From Cenococcum geophilum (lineage: Eukaryota), in the NCBI GenBank assembly GCA_050273025.1, contig CP158635.1, positions 10,850,001 through 10,914,000 on the forward strand: a stretch of DNA of 64,000 nucleotides. Direction: 5' to 3'. This document shows positions 25,366 to 38,667 of this stretch, one piece after another. The position numbers and the translations under genes are program-made. Positions within the stretch are counted from its first letter, which is position 1; the number at the start of each line of letters is the position of its first letter. The notes below the pieces were generated by a model. It had not been told where the DNA came from and ran no database searches. It was given only the letters and a program-made list of their open reading frames with translations.

Positions 25366-28300
25366 TAATACTTTAACGTTCCCTTTACAAGTTTACAGGC
25401 TAGTATTTCTTTAATTTCCCATTTATTATTATTGTTAACTTAAATTAGTAGGGGAAGTTTATTCTTTTATCCGGGCAGTAGGTTATTTATAGCTTTCTAT
25501 AACTTATCTGGTAAGAAAATAGGGTGAACTTTAATTAAGTCTAGGAGCTTAACTTTATACAAGTTGCCTACTTTATTAAAAATCTTATACGGTCCTACTA
25601 TTTTATAGTCTAGCTTATAGCTAGGCCGTTCTATCTTCTAGTTCTTTATTATAATCTAAACTATATCACCTATAGTAAAGTTAGGCTCGCGCCTATACTT
25701 ATTCGCCTACTATTTTATTAATTTTTAAGCCTTTTCTAGGTTTGTATAAGCTACTTTCTAGGCTTCTTCTAAGCGCTTAGTGTACTGCTAGGCTTCCTTA
25801 TAAGATAGTTTTCGCGTACAGTCTAGGGCCCTTTTAGTCTTTCCTAGTTAAAGCTTATATAGGGTAAGTAACCTATTTCTAGTTAAATAGGGGCAAATCT
25901 AGTAGAGTCGTAGGGTAGGGTAGCTTAGGCGTAGTCTATTAAGGGCAGCAGTTTAGCCTAGTTATTTTAAAAGTAGTTAATAAAAGGCCAGAGTCTCTAG
26001 TCCAAGTATTAATTTACAATCTCTATTTAACCGTCTGTCTAGGGGTAATATACTATAAAAAGCTTTAGCTTAATGCCTAGGATTTAGGTAAACTTATTCT
26101 AAAAGGCTAATATAAACTACGGCTTATAGTCGGATATAATAGTATCTAGTAGTCCATAAATTTGGTAGACGTAATAGATATATAATTAGGCCGCCTCTTT
26201 AGCATTAATATTTTTATAACAGGGAATTAAAAACGGGCGTTTACTAAAGCGGTTAACTAGGATTATAACTATATTATATCCGTTACGGTCTAAAGGTAGC
26301 TTATAAAAATCTATAGAGATATATTACTAGGGGCGGTTAAGTATTAGGAGGGGTTTTAATAGTCCTAAGGTCTTATCTTATAGAATTATAGATCTATAGC
26401 AGTTATTATAGTTCCGTATATAGCGATTAATATTTATAATTATTCCAGGCTAGTAGTAGCGGTCGCTAATAATCCTACAGGTTTTTTTTTTTTAGGGTAG
26501 GCCGTAGAGACCTAGGCATATACTTCGGCAATAAGCTAAGTCTATAAGTTCTATTCCTCTGCTACCACTAGCCGTTTATAGTACTTAAGTAGTCTACTTT
26601 TAAGGGACTATAGGCTAGAAACATTCTTTGCCTTTTTACGGTACTTCTATAGAGAAGGGGCCGTATAGTTTACCTATAGTAGTTTATTAATAAGGTTTAG
26701 TTCCATAGAGTTAATAGGGCATATCTCAGCATCTAAAAAGTCTATATTTAGTTCTGCCCGTATTTAGGAGTTAAGGTACTCTAGTTATAGTAGCGCTTAG
26801 GTCTATAATAAGATCTTTACGGCTATCTGGTTATTTATATCCTATTTACGCCTTATAAGAGCGTCCGCACGGTTAGTAGCGCTTAGCCTATATATAATTA
26901 GGAAGTTAAACTAAAATAGGGTATCCGCCTAGTGCGCCTATTAGGCTATAAGGGCCTTTATTATTATAAAATATTCTAAGGCCTTATAATCGGAAACTAC
27001 CTAGATAAACTTAGGGGTACCTTTTAGTTAGGCTCGCCAGTACTAAAAGCTAGAGATAATAGCCAGTATTTCTTTATTATAAATTGGGTAGTTTAGCTTA
27101 GCATCTACTATTATCTTTAAATAGTAAGCAATAGGGTGCTATTTTTTGTCTATCTACTTTTAGGAGTAAACGCTAGCTATAACACCATTTAAGGCATCGG
27201 TTTCTAGCATTAAGGGCTATTCTATGTTAAAGTAGGCGAGTAAAGGAGCGGAGATTAGTCATTTCTTAAGCTTATTAAAGGCTTACCTTTCCCTTAGGCT
27301 AGGGCTTCTTTCTCTTTAATTATTTAATTAATTTTGTATAAGCTAGTTATAAAGGTAACGGTATTAGGCTAAACTAGGTTTTAGTAGAATCCTATAGCGC
27401 CAATATAGTAGATATTAACTAGTGGGAGATCTATAGGTTTCTTTACGGATATTTATCAGGCCGTATTTTGCGGTATAGGGTTTATAGTCTTCCTTAGCTC
27501 ACGTTCCATTTTCCGTAAGTTATCCTTTTAGTTTATTAGTTTGGTATATCGCCTAGTGTCCCTAGCCTTCCTTTATAGCTACGTAGGGCCTAAGTTCTCT
27601 ATTAGGGACTTAGCTAGGCCACTACTAACTTCCTAAGTCTTTAGTGCGGGTAGTATAATATAGGCAGTCTAGGGGCGGCGTAGTATATAGATCCGTTGCA
27701 GATTAAGCTATATATCCTTCTTAAAAGCCTAGTCCCTACGCGTTACATTAGCCTAGTAAATAGTGTTTATCTACGGCCGTATAAGGTTTTCTATTATAAT
27801 ACTAATCTCTTTTATAAAGGAAGGCGTTAGGGGCATAGTTTTAGGCTAAATAAGCTGCCTATTCCGTACGTTAAGCTATAAGCCTAAATAGGCTAGCCAT
27901 TTTCTTCCTAAGATTATATTATAGCTTCTAAGGTCCGTAATAAGGAAGGGGATATTATACTACCTTTATCCGTTAACGCGGAGGTAGATCCGCAAGATAG
28001 TTATAATAGGTAGCCCTATTTATCCGTTATAGCCGCAAATATGGATTAGTTTAGGCAGTTCTTTAAGGGGTATATTTAAAAAGTTAGCCAGTTTTATAGC
28101 GCACTTTATATTAATTAAGGTAAAAGTATTTACTTCTAAGTTAGCTAAAGCAAAGGTTAAAACTTAATATTTATTACGGAATAAAGTATAAGGGATAGTA
28201 TAGCTTCTTTTACTAACTAGCTAACCTAGATCGACATAGGATATATTAATCCCTTTTAACCCTAGAGAGGAGTCTTCCTCTAAAGTTCCTCTTTTTCCAG

Positions 28301-31300
28301 TTTTATATTATCCTCCTAAATTAATAGAACCTTATTTGTCTTTGCCTTTATTAGGTAGTTCCTTATAGGGTAGCCTATTTAACCGTATAAAAAGTAAGCT
28401 TCTTAATTGCTAAGGGCCTATATATAGGGGTTACTGTATATAGGCCGGGTATACGCTAGGCCCGTAGTAGGGGTAGCTACGCGGCTAGCTGCTAGGTTAA
28501 CTATAGGAGTTGCTAATTATACTAGGGCACTATAGGCCGTACTTGCAGTATTTATGGCCTAGTTTGTAAGGTTTTTAGTTTTTAGCTAATTAGCGCGTGC
28601 CTTAATTTAATAAAGGCCTTAGTTAATAGCTAGGCAATAGTCCGTAAGTTCCTTTAACGTCTATACCGTAGTATAAGCTAGTAATATGGCCCGCTATAAG
28701 TCTAGGGTAAGCTTATTAAAGAGGTCTAGTAGTAGGTCTTCTTAGGGGATCTAGGCCTATCCGGCTAGGTATAAAAAGTAGGTTTAAAAGGCTAAAAAGG
28801 TCTCCGTTATTTTTATATTTCGGCTTTTATAGCTAAAGCAGGCGTTCTATACTTTAAAAGGGTCTTTATAAATAGAAGATAAGTGTTTAATTATTTCTTC
28901 TTTAGCGATAAAGGGGTCTGCTAAGTCTTTAGTGTATTATAGGCGTAAATACGTCTAGGCATCTTCGCCAGTACGGCTAAAAACGTAAGCCATTCTGGCT
29001 TGGGCGTTAGGGAAGTAGTCTACATTAACTTTAAGCTTATCCCGTAATTAAAGCTTCTAATTATTAAATATAGGGTTAGTTCCGTCTATAAGTAGTAGGG
29101 AATCCATAACCTTTACTAACCGCTTTAGTGCTATATAGGCCTTAGTAGATCTACTAAGGCGCTAAAATAGGGCCTAAAGGACTATAGCAAGTCTTTAATT
29201 ATTTAATAATGACTTATTATTAGATATAGGGGTATCTCTGGCTTTAAGCAGCTCTTACAGTCATTTAATTTTAGTATTAGCAGCTATAAGCTCCGCCTAG
29301 GGGGTTAAAACGTTAATTATTTCTTTGTCTAAAGTATTTAAGGGTCCTACAGCTGCTTTACCTACTACTATAGTTCGTGGCATAGTAGTAGGGGTATTAG
29401 GTAATTCTAGGTAATTTCTTTAGGGGTTCTAGTCTATGCGTATCTTATAGGTTCTTTCCTTAGGGTTTTATTCTTTTCTTTTAGGTCCTGTCTTTATAGT
29501 CCTAATAATATCCTTAGGGTTCTATTCTATGTTCTTATAGATATATTTAAGTTCCTTCTTAGGAAGAAAGAGTAAAGTAAGCTTGATGTTTTATAAGATC
29601 TTCGCGTCACATAACCGCAATATACGGCAATCTGTGGCAACTTGCCGGTGCGTAGTTCTGCTAAGATCTGCTAGTGCCGTAACACTTAAGTGGTTTAAAC
29701 CTTATTTTACGGAGATATAGGAAAACGGCATAGTAACTACTAACTAAGAAGTATAATATATGTTTGCTAGTTAGAATAGGTTTGCAGAATAACTAATATA
29801 AATATTTAAAGACCTAGAGGTAACTACTACGGCAGAAAGAAAGCTTTAAAATCTATTATAATAAACCTTAGTAATTAAATATACGATATAATTCTAAATA
29901 TTAGCAATATAGGTTAAATAGAACAATAAGGCGCTTATGGCACAATATAAACAGGGACTTAAGGTAAAAGTCTAGGACGTAATTATCTTAATAGAAGATA
30001 TGGATATACTTAGGGAACTAATAGATTAAGTAATTGAGATTAATAATAGGATCTATTAACGAGAATAGACTAAAAGGGGTTAAAATAGAGTTCTGTAGTT
30101 GTATAAGGCGTAAAGCACGCATTAACTAAGTTAGAAATAATAGAATAGTAGACTAGAGCTAATAGACCTAAGTAGTACTAAAGAGTATAAGAGTAAACAA
30201 CTATAGAAACCTAGAAGATAAGGATTAAGTAATTAAAGATCTAAGGAGTAGAGGCTAAACTAGTGATCTTAGTAGCAGTAGACGTTTAGGCGGACTCTAT
30301 AGCAGGAAAAATTGTTTAAAAAAGGAGCTTATATAAATTGCAAAAAATAGGGTTATTTTACTAGAAACTGTAAAGATAGTTAGAGAAACTATGCGGTAAA
30401 AGGAACTAAAGAGTGTTTAATCTAAAGTTCTGCGTTTTGTTATAATAATATATACTAAATTTATAAAGACGCTAAGTATAGCGCAAGCTATTAGCTATAG
30501 GAGATAAAATTATTAAAATTTAAAGGAATTAACGATCTATTACGCAGATCGGATATTAAAGACGATGAATTTAATATAGGTGAAATATTTACTAATAATA
30601 GAGTAATAAAGGTAGCTTACTGGGAGCGTATAGACCTTAAAATAGTTATATTAGAAGTAGAGACTAAAACCACTATAAAGTAAGGATTAGTAATGGAAAT
30701 TATAATACTATTAGATACAGTATCTATTGCTTTATAAGACAGAAGGAGAAATATTTAAGAAAAAGGATTAAGTAAGTAGACAGCTGCTAGTACTAGCTTA
30801 CTACTTAATAAAGGTAAAAGGCCATAGGCTTAAGATTCTTAAGACGAGATAAGAGACGCTTAAGATTTTTAAAAATGGATAAGATAAGCTTAAGGACCTA
30901 TAATAGACGATAACCGATAGAGTAGAGTAATAGCTTAGTTCAGTAATATACAAATAAGCTTAAAATGGAGTTTACTAGAGGTATAAGACTCTTAAGACTT
31001 AATAAGTAAGATTTAAGACTTTTAAAACGAGATAAGAATACTATAAAAGCCTAGTTAGACTAAGGCTAAAGTATAGCTTAAGAAAGAAGTAAGCTTAGGA
31101 CTAAAAATCCTATAGGATTAAAAATTTAAAATATAAATAGGAATATTAACAAAAGCAATAATAAGATTATAAAGTAAGAAGATTTTAAAGATCTACTTGC
31201 GAGATAAGATATAAAGGAAACTATAGAAGAATTTAGGCAAAGAATCCTTATATGGTAAGAATAGAAACTAGACTAGAGATCTAGTATACTAAAATGTATA

Positions 31301-32195
31301 AGAAATAGAGCACCTATATAATGAATTACTAATAGGCTAAAGGTAGGGACGCTAAGAGTAAAATAGTTAAATAAACTAGAGTAGGAAGAGGATCTAGGGA
31401 TTTTAACTAGATTTAAAGAATAATATATAAAGGGCTATTACAATATAGTAATAAAAAGATACTTTCTTATAGAGAAACTATACACACTCTAATAACTGTA
31501 CTAAAAGTGGTATAGGCAATGATATAATAATAAGTAGGAAGACTTTTATATATAGTTAGATAAATAAGTTATTCAGGACCACCTAATTATAAAAAAAGCT
31601 ATAAGTTATATTAAGGGAGCCTTAATTATAATATTAAAGAACCTAGAAGAATAATTAGAGGACTAAAAAAAAAGGTAAATCTTAGTACCCGCAAATAAGG
31701 TTATAACGTTTAGATTAATATAATAAAGGTTTAAACTTAAGGATAAAAACAAACTAAGAGTTAACCTAAAGCACCTAGCGTATTATATACTGGCGTAGAT
31801 TATATATATAGATAATATATATAATATATACAAAAATCCGAAGGAAAATAATTAGAAGTACCTTATAAGGATATATTAGGCGCTAGAGAAGTAATAGTAT
31901 AGAAATACTAAATACCTATATAGATGGTATTTAATAGAAGTTTAGGAGTTAGGAAACTTAATACTTTAACTAAAAAAAATTCTTATAGAAGAATGCTTAG
32001 ATGGATAATCGTAGTAGGAATACTTAGAGAATACGTGTTTATAGTATATTAAGGATAAAAAGTAAACTAGGCATTAGCTAAAGAGTAAGCTAAGTATAAT
32101 AGGATTAAGCAGCTAATAGTTAGGAAAAGTAGAGGCCTATAAAACTAAAGGGAGCTAGTAGTAGAGCTTTAGACCCTTAAAGGAATTTAAAAATA

Positions 32196-34153
32196 CATTA
32201 GGAAATTTTTTTGGGGCACGTTGTTGCAGATTGCGGCAATTTACTACAAAACGTGCAAAACGTGCAATTTAAGCGGTCGTATATAGTCAACAGCGTTTTG
32301 TGTAAACCGCACATTTTATAATAAATTTATACTACCTACTAGCAAAACGTAGTAAAATGCGCCTTATAAATACAAATTATAAAAACTATATAAATTGTAA
32401 AAACTATATAAATTGTAACTATATAAATTATAATTATATAATAACCAAATTATTATATATTCCCATAGATTGCTATAATATAATTTTAAATATATTTATA
32501 TTATAACTATATAAAATATAAAGCTATTTACTTAGGCTTTAAGGGGGAAGTCTTTTATAGGCTCTAAATTGTTAATTAGCCTAATACCTACCTACCTACC
32601 TACCTACCTACCTAACTACCTACCTATCTACCTAACTGCCTACCTACCTACCTAACTACCTGCCTATCCGTCCATCTATTCGTTTATTTATTTGTCTATC
32701 TATCTATCTATCTATCTATTTATGCCTACCTATCTATACCTACCTATCTATGCCTACCTATCTATACCTACCTGTTTATGCCTACCTATCTATATTACCT
32801 TAATTTAATCAATTAATTAATCGAATTATTTATAGTGTTCGCTGGCTGGTCGTTTAAACGGTTGTTATATAGCTCTAGCGACGGTTATACGGCTCTGGCG
32901 ACGGTCGTATGGCTTTGGCGACGGTCGTGTGGCTCTAACGGTCGTCTAGCTCTAGCGACGGTTATCTAGCTCTGGCGACGGCCGTCTAGCTCTAGCGATA
33001 GTTGTCCAGCTCTAACGACAGTCGTTTAGCTCTAACGACGGTCGTCTAGCTCCGGCAACGGTCGTCTGGCAATAACAACGGTTGTCTAGCGATAACAACG
33101 GTTGTCTGGCTCTAGCGACGGTCGTCTAACTCTAACGACGGTCGCCTAGCTCCGGCGACGGTTATCTAGCTTTAGTGACAATTGTCTAGCTCCGGCAACG
33201 GTTGTCTAGCTCTGGCGACGGTTGTCTAGTTCTAGTGACGGTTATCTACTAGCTGTCGTTCTAGTGTCTCCCTAGGTAGGGAGGATATAAGGAAGAAAGG
33301 GTAAAAAATAAGGTGGCTACCTAGGTGTATATAGGGGGTATACTTGGTAAAGGTATATATAGAGGCTATTAGGAATATAGCGGGGACCCGATGTAGAGCT
33401 TTATGTAGAGCCTCTATACGTAAAGCTTTATATAGAGCTTTATATAGAGCTTCGTGTAGAGCTTTATATAGAGCTTTGTATAGAGCTTTATATAGAGCCT
33501 TATATAGAGCCTCTATATATAAAGCTTTATATAGAGCCTTATATAGAGCCTCGTGCAAAGCTTTATATAGAGCTTTATATAGAGCTTAGTATAGAGCTTT
33601 ATATAGAGTCTATATAGAGCTTTATATAGAGCTTTATATAGAGCTTCGTATAGAGCCTTATATAGAGCCTTTATATATAGAGCTTTGTATAAAGTCTTAT
33701 AAAGCCTATAGAGCCCTATATAAAGCTTTATATAGAGCTTTATATAGGGCTTTATATAGAGCCTTATATAGAGCTTTATATAGAGCGTTATACAGAGCTT
33801 TATATAGAGCTTAGTATAGAGCTTTATATAGAGTCTGTGTAAAGCTTCGTATAGAGCTTTATATAGAGCTTTATGTAGCTTTATGGTATTTTTATTATAA
33901 TTTTATAGTATTTTTATTACAGCTAAAATTAGGGTCTACTTAAGTCGCAATTTTAGCAATTTATAGCAATTTGTAGTAATTTGCATAAGTAGCTTATATA
34001 TTTATAGCAATTTATAGAAGTCTATATAAGTAGCCTAGCAAATTACTGCAAATCGCCGCAAGTCGCCGCAAATCGCCAAAATCGCGACTTACGCCGGTTT
34101 TGCAGACCCTGATTTTCGCTTACGACAATATGCCCAAAAAAATTTTCCTAATA
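32196..34153 (+). mobile_element. Non-autonomous 2-kb TIR element filled with minisatellites (copy 1, heavily RIPed)
   Basis: Ends cattaggaaa...tttcctaata; 2-bp duplication ta/ta, judged against the uninterrupted host-family site at ~51995-52025; collinear with 40702-42806. Confidence 0.88.
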
Positions 34154-37100
34154 TAACACCTACATTTATAAGTTAATTGGTAAAATTAACAGTTTAAAGC
34201 ACTAATAGATAGTAAAGTAACTAGGAACTATATCTTACTAGTAGTAGTAAAAAGGATAGGATTACCCTATAGACAGAAGGAGCACCCTTATCTATTAGTT
34301 ATAATTTTAGAAGATTTAATAATTTATAGAGGAGGTATTATTAACCTTAAAATAGGACCTATTTAGATAACTATTAAAGGGAGATAAATTAAAATGTCTT
34401 TTAATATCCTACTATTAGGACAGGATAAGGCAGTATTAAGTATACCTTAGTTATAGGAATATAACCTAAAAATTAATTAGATTACAGGCCAGGTTAATAT
34501 TAAAGATACTTAATAACATAGAATATATATAGCAACTAAGCTAGTATAGTACTAAGTTAGAGCGATATATAAAGAAACCGAGAAAGGGTTATTATACGTG
34601 CTAAAGAGATACTATAAGTATGGCAAAAAACTATAAAGCCTAGAAAGTAAGAAGCTATTAAAATATATAGTATAGGACTATAAAATAGAGTTAGAACTAG
34701 GAATAAGTTTAAAGTTTTTTCTAATCTATAAGCTAACTAAAGAAGAGTTATAAGCACTTAAAGAGTTTATTTAAGAAAACCTAAAAGGGATATATTAAAC
34801 TATTATCGTTATTAGTAGGTTATCTAGTACTATTTATACTAAAGAAGAACGGAAAACTTAAACTATATATTAACTATAGACAGTTAAACAGCATTACTAG
34901 AAAGGATAGGTATCTTTTACCCTTAATTAGCAAAATTTAGAATTAGATAGGCAATATATAAATCTTTATAAAGATAGATCTAAGATAGGTATATTATTAG
35001 ATTAGGATTAAGGAAGGTAATAAATAAAAGGTAGCCTTTAGGTTAAAGGGAGAACTGTATAAATTATTAGCTATATAATTTAAGCTTATAAACGTACTAG
35101 TAATATTCTAAAAGCGAATTAATAGTATATTAGGAGAACACCTTAATAAGTTTATTATAGTATATTTTGATATTATTATTATCTACTTAATAACTAAGGA
35201 AGAATATAAAGAATATATTAAATGGGTCTTAAAGAGACTATAGAAAGAATAGATATTAGTAGCAATTAAGAAATATAAGTTCTTTACTAGGAAGACCGAT
35301 TTTATTAGATTTATTATTAAACTAGGTTATATTAGTATAGACCTAAAGAAGATTAAAGCTATAGTAAGTTGGTAAGAACTAGAAAGTATAATATAGTTAA
35401 AGTTATTTCTAGGGTTTTATAATTACTATAAAAGGTTTATAGCATAATAGTTAAAGAATATTAAACTATTTACTAGGCTTATAAAAAAGGAGAAATTATA
35501 GGTATAGAGAGATAAGTAAAGGAAACTGTTTAAGGAACTTAAGGAGTTATTTACCTAGAAGCTAATCCTTAAGATCTATTAACTAGGACTAGATATAGTT
35601 ATGGAAATAAATATATTAGACTTTATACTAGAAGTATATTTACTATAGAAGTATAGAAATATATAGCATCTAGTAGTATATTATAGTTAAAAGATAACAC
35701 TACTAGAGTTAAACTACAATATCTATAATAAGGAGTTATTAGGTATAGTTACAGCACTTAAGAAATAAAGGGCATTCTTATAAGGAGTAAAGAAACTATT
35801 TATAGTTAAGACGGATTATAAGAACCTAATAGGGTTCCTAATAATAAAAGAACTTAACTAAAGATAAGTTAAATAGGCAGAGATGCTTACGGAATACTAT
35901 TTTAAGATTTAGTATACTAAAGGCATTAAAAATATAAGAGCAGACGCACTAAGTAAAAAGGCTAAATTATAGAACAATAAGAAGCTATTAGGAGTAATGC
36001 TATATAAGAATAGTAATGGATTAATTAGGTATAATTATCTTAAGATTATAACAACTTAGAAATATAAGCTACTAGAAAGTAATTAGATAAAAAGGATCTA
36101 AGAGGCGTAATTTAAGGTCCTAGAAACGGACCATTACGAGTAGAGAATAAATATATATATCCTAAGAGGAATAATAGGAAAATGTATTAAAAACTTCTAT
36201 AAGGGAATAATATAGGGACATAATGGAGTAATAGGCTTAGTATTAAGACTCTAAGAGAAGTATATTATTTATAGAATCTAGGGCCTAGTAAGAAAAGTTA
36301 TAAAGGAATATTTAAATTGCTAAAGGAATAAGCTAATAAGGTATAAGCCGTATAGGAAGCTATAGCCTATTAAAGTACTAGAATGTCTATAGGAGATAAT
36401 ATTATAGGACTTTATTATAAAGTTGCTAAAGTTAAAAGATTTTATAGTAGACAAGTTAACTAAATAGGGCTATTTTATAGCATATATAGAAGAAATCTTA
36501 GCAGAAGATATTACTAGAATCTACGTTAAAGAAGTATTTATAAGGTATAAAGCATAAAGTAAAATTATATTAGATAAAAACCTAAAATTTATAGCAGTAT
36601 TTTAGAAAGTATTTTTAGCGGAATAGAGAGTTAGAGTAGTAACTTCTACTATATATTATCCGCAGACAGATAAATAGATGGAAAGATTAAATTAGATACT
36701 AGAATAATATTTAAGATACTATATTAACTACGCGCAGAACAATTAGGTATTATTACTACTAGTTATATAACCGTAAAGTTCTGCTAAGTTCTACTAATTA
36801 AGTTCTACTATTTTTTGCTATAGCATCTTCCTTTAAGCGGCTTATAGTATAATATAGCTAACTATTAGGAGTAGTGTAATAATTAATATTGCTATTTAGC
36901 TTGTTCTTAAGTTAGTTAAAAAAGAAGTATAGTTTACTCCTTTTACCTAAATAGGCGGGAGGGTTAAAAAGGCGTTTAGTTAGCTTTTTTATAGGGGCAC
37001 TAATTAGCAAATTTAGGGTTAAAAGGCTAGTCCTAAATACGTTTCTTTTGTTTAATACTTATAGGTTAATACTAGTAGAAGTAGGTAGGGGTAATTGTGT

Positions 37101-38243
37101 AGTAAATAGTAGGTTATAATAGACCTCTTTAATTTTTTTCTTGGAAAATTTTTTTTATTTTAGTATTAGGCCTTTTATTAAGCTAAGGCGTCTATAAAGA
37201 CCTTTTATAGGCTTTTTATTTATTTAGTAAATATATTATATAAGTTAGTTATAAATATAGGAGCTTTTAGGTTATTCTATATGCTAGGTAAAGTAGGGCG
37301 GTATAAAGTATAGGTTTAATATAATATAGTATTATGGAATAAGCATAAGCGATAATAATATATAGCGAAGTAGATACTATTAAGCTATATATATAAACTA
37401 TATAATAAAGTTAAACCATTATATAAGAAAACAAGGTAAGAAAATAGGAAGAAAGGGTATATATTGTTTACTTAGTTACTTAGTTAATATTTATATAGAG
37501 TAGAATAGAATTCGGGTAGTAGTCCTAGTAGAACTTTGTAAAATTGGCGGAATATAGCAGAATATAGCAGATTTCTGTTAGATTACTATGAATTACAGCA
37601 ATTTATAGTCTGGTGGTCAGCTTTTAATTACTAAATTAATGGAAACAGGTAAATGTGCATAAGGTATTATAGGGGTGTCCCGTAATAGAAGGTAACTACT
37701 TTATATATAAAATAAGTTACTCTATCCCTTAAACTATAAAATTAACTTTTTAATAAAAATGGTTAATAATATCCGCTAATTAATTCTATAGTCTAAGCTT
37801 ACTAAGATAAGCTTAGACGCGATTCCGTTAGTACGGATAGGGGTTTTTAATCAGCCTACGTTTATAGTGCTCCACTGGAATTACGTCTAAGGCACTTTTT
37901 TAACGTTTATTACTAGCTCTAGCAATATCTACAATTTCCCCTATATTTACGGTTAACCATAACGGCTTAAAATACTATTAAAAGTCTATTAATTAGAGAG
38001 TCTATCCGATATTTTATAGATATTAGGTCTAAATTAGTCCACTACCCCTTAGAGTTAAGATTATTTTCGTTAAAAAAAATTCCGTTATTAAGGATTACGG
38101 AGATAGCTATAATGTCGCAATGGGTATATAAAAGGCCTAAAAATTAATTAATTATAGAGCTAGTTCTTGCAATTATTTTAAGCCTATATACAACCCTAGA
38201 CCTTATATAGGCGGCTTTAACAATTTTATTAAAGAAGGCGACT

Positions 38244-38667
38244 TATAACGAAACCTTGTAGCAAGAACTACGGTGGGCTCGTTATTAGGCTAGGTATATA
38301 GGTAATATAAATTAAAGTTAATAACGTAATAATAACTAGTGGAGTAGTTGCCTAATAGATTAACTCTAATTATATTCTAAGAATTACTATAAGGAAGGAA
38401 CTATCTAGGTAGGGATTAAGGGTCCTTAAATATACAACCATACTTCTATAAAATCCTTCTTATATGTAATAAACGTACGCTTTATTTACTCTATTATAGA
38501 TTATATAGATTATATAGATTATATAGATTACATTATATAACCTTAGTTACTATTCCTCGTTATATAGTTCTATTAGTTCTATCCTAAACCGTACTTATAT
38601 TAATTAACTAGCTTCTTCTAACTCTTCCCTAAGTAGTTATAATATTATACTTAAAGCATCTATAATA
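38244..38667 (-). repeat. 3' LTR
   Basis: Aligns with 53921-54346; followed by polypyrimidine ctatctcccttctc (PPT on -). Confidence 0.88.

Larger units (their letters stand above)
22954..29684 (-). mobile_element. Ty3/Gypsy LTR element lacking RT, inserted in the host gag
   Basis: TG...CA ends; 5-bp TSD cttaa (22949-22953 / 29685-29689); PPT ttacccccccc at 23181; gag, protease, RNase H, integrase and chromodomain on -; no RT motifs seen. Confidence 0.9.
22143..36769 (+). mobile_element. Ty3/Gypsy retrotransposon, 3'-truncated within integrase, with two nested insertions
   Basis: 5' LTR starts TGTTACGG at 22143 (to ~22563; its 3' half matches the LTRs at 38244 and 53921); gag RFLGEKLKLKGFL (~22815); CCHC knuckle (~30330-30370); protease LIDS (~34200); RT (~34700-35450); RNase H; integrase ending at 36769. 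Confidence 0.9.

Noticed and set aside
33232..33589. ORFs with ALYK/ALYR repeats
   Set aside because: Stop-free frames of a 12-bp minisatellite on both strands; not genes.
37760..37800. LADII on the minus strand suggesting a Copia RNase H end
   Set aside because: Flanking residues do not fit and no other Copia motif was found.
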